DNA of 64,000 bases from an uncultured bacterium. Lineage in GTDB: Bacteria > Hydrothermota > UBA3072. The stretch covers positions 112,429 to 176,428 of the forward strand of contig CAZSEX010000001.1 in the NCBI GenBank assembly GCA_964606065.1, given 5' to 3'. Every line of letters starts with the position of its first letter. Position 1 is the first letter of the stretch. The position numbers and the translations under genes are program-made. Below, piece by piece: positions 28,019 through 36,335 of this stretch. The notes beneath the pieces are model-generated. The model was not told the origin of the DNA and did no database searches. It worked only from the letters and a program-made list of their open reading frames with translations.

Positions 28019-28906
28019 ATGAGTAAAAGTAAATTGTTGTTTTTGTCAGTTGTTTTTGTTTTAATGCTTGTTATTGGGTGTGAAAACAATCCAACTGCCA
28101 ACGATATTTCTCTCGATGAAGAAGCAATTCAGAATTACATATCAAATAATCCTGATTTTACCGGATATTTTGAGTTTGATAAATATTACGGAGAGGAAGA
28201 TACTGTAAATCGATTAAGGACCATAACCGGTCCGCATACCTTGTGGTATAGAGAACGGCAGAATATAAACAGAGATATATTCATAAATATAGTAAATGAC
28301 TCAGCCTTTGTTTCCTTCTGGAGTAGAGTTGATGGGATATTTCATATACTTGAAAAAGATACATCCGCGTCTCCGGATACCTTAATCGACCATCAAAAGG
28401 TTCTTGAAGATAACTCTTCTAATTATGCCGTATTTAAACGTTACCCCGGATTATCTTCTTACCGGGGATGGAGACTTGAAAGTTTGACCGGGATAGATGT
28501 AGATGGCAGAGATATCTCACTCGGTGATTGCGTAATTGTTTTTATCGATTCCCTCCGAATTAAATGTGAATCCTACACGGACACGTTATTTGCTACTCCC
28601 CACGTATTTTTCGAGAGAGAAAAACTACTTACTTTTGAAGGAGAGGAAGCAGTCACAATTACCCTTTATTCACATCGTCCTGACGTATATCCTATATATT
28701 CCTATCTGCATGCCAGTACTCTGGGAAGCTGGAAAAGATGGAAATTAGAGGAAACAGAACCCGGAGTATGGGAAGGGGATTGGGTGACTCCGCCAATTCC
28801 CGGAATTAGAACTATCGCATTCGACATTCTGGAAAAGAACACCATCGACGAAGAAGAGAGTGCGTATCTTTCCAACATCTGGTTATTCCCCTACAAAATC
28901 GAGTAA
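28019..28906 (+). CDS. Hypothetical lipoprotein
   Basis: GGAGG SD, signal peptide MSKSKLLFLSVVFVLMLVIGC. No recognisable domain. Confidence 0.45.
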   Translation: MSKSKLLFLSVVFVLMLVIGCENNPTANDISLDEEAIQNYISNNPDFTGYFEFDKYYGEEDTVNRLRTITGPHTLWYRERQNINRDIFINIVNDSAFVSFWSRVDGIFHILEKDTSASPDTLIDHQKVLEDNSSNYAVFKRYPGLSSYRGWRLESLTGIDVDGRDISLGDCVIVFIDSLRIKCESYTDTLFATPHVFFEREKLLTFEGEEAVTITLYSHRPDVYPIYSYLHASTLGSWKRWKLEETEPGVWEGDWVTPPIPGIRTIAFDILEKNTIDEEESAYLSNIWLFPYKIE

Positions 28907-28930
28907 ACTCTGACCTTTTCCGTTTCTTCT

Positions 28931-28965
28931 CAAAGGGGCAGTTTAAGCTGTCCCTTTGTTTTTAA
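28931..28965 (+). terminator. Rho-independent terminator
   Basis: CAAAGGGGCAG-tttaag-CTGTCCCTTTG hairpin followed by TTTTT. Confidence 0.65.
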
Positions 28966-28994
28966 ATTACTTTTTTAAAAAAAATTCCCGACCC

Positions 28995-29029
28995 TTGACA
29001 CTTAGACACAATTATGATAGGTTGTATAG
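28995..29029 (+). promoter_or_regulatory. sigma70-like promoter TTGACA-N17-TAGGTT ending 6 nt before the xseB ATG (leaderless-type)
   Basis: cccTTGACActtagacacaattatgaTAGGTTgtatagATG, with no SD. Confidence 0.45.
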
Positions 29030-29269
29030 ATGAAATTTGAAGAATCGCTGAATAAACTCGAAGATATTGTTAAAAAATTAGAAGAAGGAGAGATTTCTCT
29101 TGAAGAATCTCTACCTTTGTTTGAAAAGGGCATAAAACTTCTGACCGAATTAAAAGAGTATCTGTCACAGGCGGAAACAAAGATAGAAAAATTGATAAAA
29201 GATAGTGAAGGTCAATTTAAAACCGATGAATATAGAGAATTATCTGACGACCTGGAAGAAGAAAGTTGA
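29030..29269 (+). CDS. xseB: Exodeoxyribonuclease VII small subunit
   Basis: FEESLNKLEDIVKKLEEGEISLEESLPLFEKGIKL, typical XseB. Followed by ispA and dxs, as in E. coli. Confidence 0.85.
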   Translation: MKFEESLNKLEDIVKKLEEGEISLEESLPLFEKGIKLLTELKEYLSQAETKIEKLIKDSEGQFKTDEYRELSDDLEEES

Positions 29270-30101
29270 TGATAAGTTAAACGAGTATCTTCCTTCGGAA
29301 GATGAGTATCCCCAATTGTTGCATAAAGCAATGCGGTATTCAGTTCTTTCCGGAGGGAAGAGAATAAGAGCAATTCTTATGATAACCACTTACTCTCTCT
29401 CGGGTGGGCGCAAATTAGATGATATTATGCCTGTTTCTTCGGCTGTCGAGTTTATTCATTCTTATTCGCTGATTCACGACGATTTACCCGCCATGGATGA
29501 TGATGATTATAGAAGAGGAGTTTTAAGCTGTCACAAAAAATTTGGGGAAGCTATCGCCATATTGGCAGGTGATGCTCTTTTTTCACACGCTTTTTATCTG
29601 ATTTCACATAGCGATATCGAAGCAGGACTGAAAGAAAAGACATTTAAAGCGCTAACGGAAGCTATTGGTAACAGGGGAATTATAGGGGGTCAGGTAGAGG
29701 ATGTTTTATCTGATTCCAACAGAAAAGACCCGAAACTTCTAAGGTATATCCATTCTCATAAAACGGCTTCTTTCTTTTCGGCGGTTTGTGAGATGGGAGC
29801 GATTCTTGCAGAAGCCCCGATGGATAAAATTCTAGCTTCGAGAAGGGGAGGGCTTTTACTTGGTATGGCTTTTCAAATTCAGGATGATATTTTAGATGTA
29901 GAAGGCAAAAAAGAAGAAATGGGTAAAGAGGTAGAAAAAGATAAGGACAAACTGACATATCCACTGGTTTATGGAATTGATTTTTCAAAAACGATAGCGA
30001 AAAGATACAGTATGCTCGCGTTAAGAGAATTGAGTGTTTTTGACGATAAGGATAAAATATTTGAAGAGTTGTTAAACTTTTTGCTCGGGCGGAGAAATTA
30101 G
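29226..30101 (+). CDS. ispA: Polyprenyl (farnesyl/geranylgeranyl) diphosphate synthase
   Basis: FARM LIHDDLPAMDDDDYRRG and SARM FQIQDDILD. Overlaps the xseB 3' end; start at 29226 or 29205. Confidence 0.85.
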   Translation: MNIENYLTTWKKKVDDKLNEYLPSEDEYPQLLHKAMRYSVLSGGKRIRAILMITTYSLSGGRKLDDIMPVSSAVEFIHSYSLIHDDLPAMDDDDYRRGVLSCHKKFGEAIAILAGDALFSHAFYLISHSDIEAGLKEKTFKALTEAIGNRGIIGGQVEDVLSDSNRKDPKLLRYIHSHKTASFFSAVCEMGAILAEAPMDKILASRRGGLLLGMAFQIQDDILDVEGKKEEMGKEVEKDKDKLTYPLVYGIDFSKTIAKRYSMLALRELSVFDDKDKIFEELLNFLLGRRN

Positions 30102-30102
30102 A

Positions 30103-30543
30103 ATGACCTCAAATTTATGGCATCTTTTTTTTCTTCCTTATTTAAGCGGCCTATCTTGCCAGTTAATAAAAATTTTTAACCATCGGTTAATGAAAAAGCG
30201 GTTTAAATTTACGTTCAAAAAGTTTTTGGAATTAGGCGGATTGCCGAGCGCTCATTCGGCGGCAACCGCAACCTTGACCACTTTAATGGCAATATATTAT
30301 GGAATAAATTCACCTCTTTTTATACTCTCTTTGTTTCTTTCTTTTTTTATAGTTGGAGAAGCTTTTGTTGTACGAGGCGTTATAAGTCGGCATTCAGAAT
30401 TAATAAGAAAATTGGCGGAGGCAACCGCGAAAAAGGGATTGCTTTCCGACAATTTTCCCGGAAGAATTGGTCATACACCATTTGAAGTAGCGATAGGAAT
30501 AATTTTTGGGGTGTTTTTTGCCCTTGCGTTTATCGGTGTTTAA
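30103..30543 (+). CDS. Divergent PAP2-family (DUF212/YuiD-like) membrane protein
   Basis: GGLPSAHSA motif, 3-4 TM helices. Confidence 0.65.
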   Translation: MTSNLWHLFFLPYLSGLSCQLIKIFNHRLMKKRFKFTFKKFLELGGLPSAHSAATATLTTLMAIYYGINSPLFILSLFLSFFIVGEAFVVRGVISRHSELIRKLAEATAKKGLLSDNFPGRIGHTPFEVAIGIIFGVFFALAFIGV

Positions 30544-32406
30544 ATGTTACTGGAAAAGATTGATTCTCCTGAAGATATAAAAGAATTATCAATAAGAGAA
30601 CTTGAAACTCTCGCGACCGAGATGAGAAATAAAATAATAGAGGTTGTTTCAAAAAACGGTGGACACCTCGCACCCAACCTCGGGGCGGTCGAATTAACAA
30701 TAGCTTTGTTGAAAGTATTCGATCCTCCTCGAGACAAAATAATCTGGGACGTTTCTCATCAGGCGTACGGTTATAAACTCCTAACGGGCAGGAGAGAGGG
30801 TCTCGAGACTATTCGTAAATTCGGAGGCTTAAGCGGTTTTTTGAATAGAGATGAATCTATCTACGACGCTTTCGGTGCCGGGCACGCAAGTACTTCTCTC
30901 TCGGCTGCCCTGGGTTTTGCTATAGCGAGAGATAAGAGAGGGGAAGACAAACATGTCGTTGCGGTTATCGGCGATGGAGCTTTGACGGGTGGTATGGCTT
31001 TAGAGGGTTTAAATCAGATAGGATATTTGAAAAAAGATATGTTGATAATTCTTAATGACAACAAAATGTCGATTGCCAAAAATGTAGGGGGTTTTAGAGA
31101 ATATCTGACGCGTTTGCAATCGGCTGAAATTTATAATCTCATAATGGAAGATACCTGGAATCTTCTCGAAAAGTTGCCCGAAGGACTCAGTAAAAAAGCT
31201 GCCCGTGCGGCGGAAAAGTTGCATATTGGCTTAAAGAATTTGATCGTTCCTAACATTATATTTGAAGAGTTAGGTCTTTCCTATTACGGACCAATCGACG
31301 GACATAATATTAAAGAGTTGACTATGATACTTTCAAAATTAAAGAAAATAAAGAAAGCTAAACTCCTTCATATAATTACGGAAAAAGGTAAGGGATATGA
31401 GCCGGCGAGTAAAGATCCTACTCTTTTCCATGGGTTGGGACCTTTTGAATCCGAAACCGGCAAGGTTATAAAAAAGAAAGGTCCAAAAAAATACTCGGAA
31501 ATTTTCGGGAGAACAGTCGCAAGTGAGGCTGAAAAAAACGAAAATATAATCGCGGTAACCGCAGCCATGCCTGAAGGCACCGGTCTTACGGAATTCAAAG
31601 AGAAATTTCCGGAAAGATTTTTTGACGTGGGGATAGCGGAACAGCACGCTGTAACTTTCGCCGCCGGACTTGCCGCGGAGGGCTTACGTCCTGTTTGTGC
31701 CATATATTCGACCTTCCTCCAGAGAGCGCTCGATCAGGTAATACATGACGTAGCTCTGCAGAGATTACCGGTAATTTTCTGTCTGGATAGAGCGGGTTTT
31801 ACTCCCGGTGATGGACCCACACATCACGGCGTTTTCGATCTATCTTATTTAAGATTGGTCCCGAATATGTTGATAATGGTCCCACGTGATGAAGTGGAAT
31901 TAAAAAGAATGTTTAAAACCGCTCTTCTTAACACCGACGGACCTTCGGTATTGCGTTATCCGAGGGGGCAATCCGTTGGAGTAAAAAATCCTGCCAGAAT
32001 ACAGCCGGTTCCTTTAAATAAAGCTGATATTTTGCGGAAAGGTAAAGATTTCCTTATATTGACTGTGGGACCTATAGTTTATGAGGTGCTCGAAGCTATC
32101 AAAGAATTAAAAAGGATTGATCCGACAATCGTCGACGCCAGGTTTGTTAAACCTCTTGATGAAGAAACAATTTTGAATCTTTCTTTAGAGAGCAAAAAGA
32201 TAATAACTGTCGAAGCTAATACTGTAATCGGTGGTTTTGGCAGTGCCGTTTTAGAATTTCTTAATGAAAAATCTGTACAAAGGGAAGTTTTACGGATAGC
32301 TATCCCCGACCGTTTTATCGAACATGGAGAAAAAGATAAACTGTTTGAGTTGGTCAGGATGGACAGGAGAAATTTGAAAGAGAGAATTAGTAAATTTTTA
32401 AAATGA
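30544..32406 (+). CDS. dxs: 1-deoxy-D-xylulose-5-phosphate synthase
   Basis: GGHLAPNLGAVELTIAL, GDGALTGGMALE, DVGIAEQHAVTFAAGLA, 620 aa. Confidence 0.95.
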   Translation: MLLEKIDSPEDIKELSIRELETLATEMRNKIIEVVSKNGGHLAPNLGAVELTIALLKVFDPPRDKIIWDVSHQAYGYKLLTGRREGLETIRKFGGLSGFLNRDESIYDAFGAGHASTSLSAALGFAIARDKRGEDKHVVAVIGDGALTGGMALEGLNQIGYLKKDMLIILNDNKMSIAKNVGGFREYLTRLQSAEIYNLIMEDTWNLLEKLPEGLSKKAARAAEKLHIGLKNLIVPNIIFEELGLSYYGPIDGHNIKELTMILSKLKKIKKAKLLHIITEKGKGYEPASKDPTLFHGLGPFESETGKVIKKKGPKKYSEIFGRTVASEAEKNENIIAVTAAMPEGTGLTEFKEKFPERFFDVGIAEQHAVTFAAGLAAEGLRPVCAIYSTFLQRALDQVIHDVALQRLPVIFCLDRAGFTPGDGPTHHGVFDLSYLRLVPNMLIMVPRDEVELKRMFKTALLNTDGPSVLRYPRGQSVGVKNPARIQPVPLNKADILRKGKDFLILTVGPIVYEVLEAIKELKRIDPTIVDARFVKPLDEETILNLSLESKKIITVEANTVIGGFGSAVLEFLNEKSVQREVLRIAIPDRFIEHGEKDKLFELVRMDRRNLKERISKFLK

Positions 32407-33221
32407 AAGAAAGAACCTTGAAAGACAATGTTAGGTTTTCCGGCGTTGGCGTTCATACCGGAAGAGAGTCAAAAGTCGTGCTCGAACCGGCAGAAGCAGA
32501 CGGTATAGTATTTTTAAAAAATGGTGTGGAGATTTCCGGTACTCTGGACAATTTAAGGTCTTGCGAGAGAGAAGTTTCTCTCTCGAAGAATGGTGAAGAA
32601 GTGAGAAGTGTGGAACACTTGATGAGTGCTTTTTACGCCTGTGGAATTGATCACGTTAAAGTAAACGTCGAAGGTGATGAAATACCGGCTCTGGACGGAA
32701 GCGCGTACCCTTTTATTTCGGGGATCGAAAAAGTCGGCGTAGAAGAATTAACAAAAGAGAAAAAAATTTTTTATATTAATAACAACATTACTGTGGAGGC
32801 TAAAGGTTGTTTCGCTTACTGTAATCCGTTTAAGAATTTAAAAATCCATTATGTTATTTCTTATGACCATCCGTTACTCCGACACCAGGAATATGTTTTC
32901 AACGGGAAATCCAATTTTAAAGAAGATATAGCTATTTGTAGAACGTTCGGATTTCTTTCCTGGAAAGAAAAATTAAATAGAAAAGGTTTTGCGCTTGGAG
33001 CGTCCGAGGAAAACACTCTGGTTTATACGGAAGATGGATTGTTGAATGAGGATCGTTTTCCGGACGAAGCTGTAAAACACAAGATAGCAGATCTGATGGG
33101 TGAATTATACCTGATAAAACCTGTTCCGATCGGGGAATATTTCGTTTTTAGAGGAGGTCATTCACTGCATTTACGTTTAATAAAAGAAATTAAAAGGAGT
33201 AGAGATGAAATTCGATATTGA
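32403..33221 (+). CDS. lpxC: UDP-3-O-acyl-N-acetylglucosamine deacetylase
   Basis: FSGVGVHTGR, EHLMSAFYACGIDHV, HKIADLMGELYL. Confidence 0.9.
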   Translation: MKERTLKDNVRFSGVGVHTGRESKVVLEPAEADGIVFLKNGVEISGTLDNLRSCEREVSLSKNGEEVRSVEHLMSAFYACGIDHVKVNVEGDEIPALDGSAYPFISGIEKVGVEELTKEKKIFYINNNITVEAKGCFAYCNPFKNLKIHYVISYDHPLLRHQEYVFNGKSNFKEDIAICRTFGFLSWKEKLNRKGFALGASEENTLVYTEDGLLNEDRFPDEAVKHKIADLMGELYLIKPVPIGEYFVFRGGHSLHLRLIKEIKRSRDEIRY

Positions 33222-33645
33222 AAAAATACTCGAGTTTATGCCTCATAGATATCCTTTTTTGTTGATCGATAAAGTCGATGTCATAAATGAGGATGAGGCT
33301 ATAGGCATAAAGAATGTAACTTATAACGAACCTTTTTTTATGGGACACTTTCCCGGAGATCCCATAATGCCAGGGGTTCTTATAATTGAATCGATGGCTC
33401 AGGCGGGAGGATTTCTGCTTTTCAATAAAATCGAAAATCCGGAAAAGGCAAATGTTTATTTTACAACTATTACTAAAGCAAAATTCAGAAAACCTGTTCG
33501 TCCGGGAGATGTTCTGGAACACAGGATAAAGCTTACGGGATTCAGGTCTAATTTTTGTAAATTAGAAGCTAAATCTTTTGTGGAAGGAGATCTGGTAGCT
33601 GAAAGTTTTTTATCGGCGGCTATTGTAGAACGGAAAGGGTTATAG
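33205..33645 (+). CDS. fabZ: 3-hydroxyacyl-ACP dehydratase
   Basis: ILEFMPHRYPFLLIDKV, FFMGHFPGDPIMPGVLIIESMAQAGG. Confidence 0.9.
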   Translation: MKFDIEKILEFMPHRYPFLLIDKVDVINEDEAIGIKNVTYNEPFFMGHFPGDPIMPGVLIIESMAQAGGFLLFNKIENPEKANVYFTTITKAKFRKPVRPGDVLEHRIKLTGFRSNFCKLEAKSFVEGDLVAESFLSAAIVERKGL

Positions 33646-34403
33646 TGCACGAAGATATTCACCCCGAAGCTAAAATAGCGGAAGATGTGAAAATCGGTTC
33701 GGGATGTTTGATCGAAAAAGACGTTATAATAGGAAAGGGGACGAGAATATCTAAAGGGGTTATCATCAAAAGCGGGGTCAGAATCGGAAAAAACAATGAT
33801 ATACATCCTTATGTAGCAATTGGTGGTACGCCTCAGGATACTAAACGCGAAAAAAAGACAGGTAAAATAATAATAGGGGATTCAAATACAATAAGAGAGT
33901 TTTCCACAGTCAATCTCCCTATCGGAGAAGAAAAGGAAACAAAAATCGGAAATAATAATTACTTCATGGCTTATTCTCACATTGGTCATAACTGCAAAAT
34001 AGGGAACAACGTTCTTCTTGTAAATGGGGCAACGCTTGGAGGTTACACTGAAGTCGAAGATTTTGTTTATATATCGGCTTTTGTACCGGTCCATCAATGG
34101 GTAAGAATCGGTGCTTATTCATTGATAGGTGGTGGTTTTCGAATAATAAAAGATCTGGTTCCCTTTGCCATGGCTGCCGGTTCACCACTTCGAGTTGTTT
34201 CGTATAATTCTCGTGGTCTTCGGAGAAACGGGTTTTCACAGATGCGAATAGAAGAAATAAAAAAAGCTTTTCGCATACTGTTTAGATCGGGACTCAACAC
34301 AAAGCAAGCTGTGGAAAAACTTGAGGATGATTCCAAAAATAATAGGGATGTTGAACGTATTATCGAGTTTATTAACAAATCCAGGAGAGGAATAATTAAA
34401 TAG
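33645..34403 (+). CDS. lpxA: Acyl-ACP--UDP-GlcNAc O-acyltransferase
   Basis: Left-handed beta-helix hexapeptide repeats (IHPEAKIAEDVKIGSGCLIEKDVIIGKG...). Synteny lpxC-fabZ-lpxA. Confidence 0.85.
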   Translation: MHEDIHPEAKIAEDVKIGSGCLIEKDVIIGKGTRISKGVIIKSGVRIGKNNDIHPYVAIGGTPQDTKREKKTGKIIIGDSNTIREFSTVNLPIGEEKETKIGNNNYFMAYSHIGHNCKIGNNVLLVNGATLGGYTEVEDFVYISAFVPVHQWVRIGAYSLIGGGFRIIKDLVPFAMAAGSPLRVVSYNSRGLRRNGFSQMRIEEIKKAFRILFRSGLNTKQAVEKLEDDSKNNRDVERIIEFINKSRRGIIK

Positions 34404-34680
34404 CTTCTTATAGTTGCTAAAATTCAAAAAGAAAAGAATATTAACCACAGAGGATACAGAGAAATGATTGTGTTAAAAAAGAAAAAAAGACTGAGAACAC
34501 AGAGAGAAAAACAAATAAAAACTCTGTGCTCTCCATGGTAAAAAAAATCCGGGGTTGAAAAAGAGGAGCTATATGTGTTTTTCATTTTGCTTTTTAAACT
34601 TTAATATTTCATTTTTAGAGGGAACGAAATTAAATGAGATGCTTTTTAAAAAAAAATATGAGTGATACTCTACGTTAAAA

Positions 34681-35328
34681 ATGAAGAATATTAACTCTAT
34701 AATTGACCACACAAATTTGAAATGCGCCGCAAGCGAAAAAGATATTGTTAAATTATGCGAGGAAGCTCTGGAATATAATTTCAGAGGGGTTTGTGTAAAT
34801 CCTATATGGATTTCTCTCGTTTCCGCTTTTTTAAAGAGCGCTTCTATAAAAATAATTTCCGTTTGTGATTTTCCTTTAGGTGCCTCATTAACTGTTGTTC
34901 GAAAAAAAGAAGCAGAAATGGTGATTGAAAATGGGGCAGAAGAAGTTGATATTGTAATGCAGATACCTCTTTTAAAAAGTAAAAGATATAGGGGAATAGA
35001 ACGGGATTTAAAAGAAATCGCTAACGTTGTCCATCCCGAAGGAAAAATTAAAGTCATTATTGAAGCTCCGATCTTATCCCCTGAAGAAATATTGTCAGCG
35101 GTAAAAATTGCAGAAGATGCCGGTGCGGACTTTATTAAGTCCGGTACCGGCACAAATGGACCTGTAACGATTGCTCAAATAGAAAACATAAAAAAAGCGA
35201 CGAAACTACCAATAAAGGCGGCGGGAGGAATAAAAAGTATGAAAAAGGTCGAAAAACTTTTAAATGCCGGAGCCTCGGTTTTCGGGAGTTCAAATTCTCT
35301 CGAGATAATTAAGATTAAAAACAGATGA
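34681..35328 (+). CDS. deoC: Deoxyribose-phosphate aldolase
   Basis: IDHTNLK, GVCVNP, DFIKSGTG (Schiff-base Lys region), KAAGGI. Confidence 0.85.
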   Translation: MKNINSIIDHTNLKCAASEKDIVKLCEEALEYNFRGVCVNPIWISLVSAFLKSASIKIISVCDFPLGASLTVVRKKEAEMVIENGAEEVDIVMQIPLLKSKRYRGIERDLKEIANVVHPEGKIKVIIEAPILSPEEILSAVKIAEDAGADFIKSGTGTNGPVTIAQIENIKKATKLPIKAAGGIKSMKKVEKLLNAGASVFGSSNSLEIIKIKNR

Positions 35329-36335
35329 AAAAAAGAGTTGGATTCATTCTTAGCTTTTTTATATCCATCGTTTTTTTGTTTTTGGCTTTTAAAAAAGTTG
35401 ACGTAAAAGAAATAGGAGAATCATTACTGAAAGCGAATTTGTTATATTTTATGCTTACTATTTTTATCACATTTATCGCTTTCTTTCTTCGTGCGGTAAG
35501 ATGGAAAATGCTTTTAAATCCTATAAAAAACTTCCGCCTGTCTGTAATTTTTAATGCCACCATGATAGGATTTATGTGTAACTACACGTTGCCTGCCAGA
35601 TTAGGAGAAGTGGTAAGAGCATACCTCATAGGCAGCAGGGAAAATATCAGTAAGAGTGCGGCTTTCGCCACAATAATAGTGGAAAGAGTAATGGATGTTT
35701 TTACTTTATCTTTTTTTGCTGCTATTATCTTAGTCTTTTTTCCTGTGCCGATTTATTTAAGAAAAATAGGAGCTGCGATTGCTGTTTTAAATATTCTGGT
35801 TTTTGTACTTCTGGTATTTATACATAAAAAAAGCACAATATTCATCAGAATTGTCGAAAAACCATTATCGATATTTGGGGAAAAAGTAAAAGAGAAGATT
35901 AAAAAACTTATTCTCGCTTTTATAGAAGGGCTTAACATTCTTGAAAACCGCTTTAATTTTATTCTGGTAGTGCTGCTATCTTTTGTTGTTTGGGGTGTAA
36001 CCGGTTTACATTTCTATGTTTTATTCTTTTCGTTCCCGATTACTCTGCCTCTCTATGCGGCTTTTCTGGATATGGTGGTTCTTACCTTTGGCATTATGAT
36101 TCCTTCAACCTCAGGTTTTATCGGAACATTCCAGTTTTTCGTAAAAGAGGGATTGATGCTTTTTCATATTGATCCGAATATGGCTCTGAGTTATTCTATT
36201 CTGCTTTATTTTTCTCAATTCTTACTTGTGGTTGGTGTGGGATTGGTTTCCCTGTGGCTGTGGGGAATTAACTTTAAGAAATTAAAGACTAAGGCTTCTT
36301 CTTATAATTTGTTAGAGAAAAGACAAAAAGGATGA
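35325..36335 (+). CDS. Flippase-like / UPF0104 (lysylphosphatidylglycerol-synthase TM-domain) family membrane protein
   Basis: Polytopic, LPARLGEVVRAYLIG motif characteristic of the family. Confidence 0.55.
   Translation: MKKRVGFILSFFISIVFLFLAFKKVDVKEIGESLLKANLLYFMLTIFITFIAFFLRAVRWKMLLNPIKNFRLSVIFNATMIGFMCNYTLPARLGEVVRAYLIGSRENISKSAAFATIIVERVMDVFTLSFFAAIILVFFPVPIYLRKIGAAIAVLNILVFVLLVFIHKKSTIFIRIVEKPLSIFGEKVKEKIKKLILAFIEGLNILENRFNFILVVLLSFVVWGVTGLHFYVLFFSFPITLPLYAAFLDMVVLTFGIMIPSTSGFIGTFQFFVKEGLMLFHIDPNMALSYSILLYFSQFLLVVGVGLVSLWLWGINFKKLKTKASSYNLLEKRQKG

Noticed and set aside
34569-35153. 194-aa minus-strand ORF
   Set aside because: It is fully antisense to a well-supported deoC reading frame (IDHTNLK, VCVNP, DFIKSGTG). 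The translation is low-complexity and Ser/Ile-rich with no motif.
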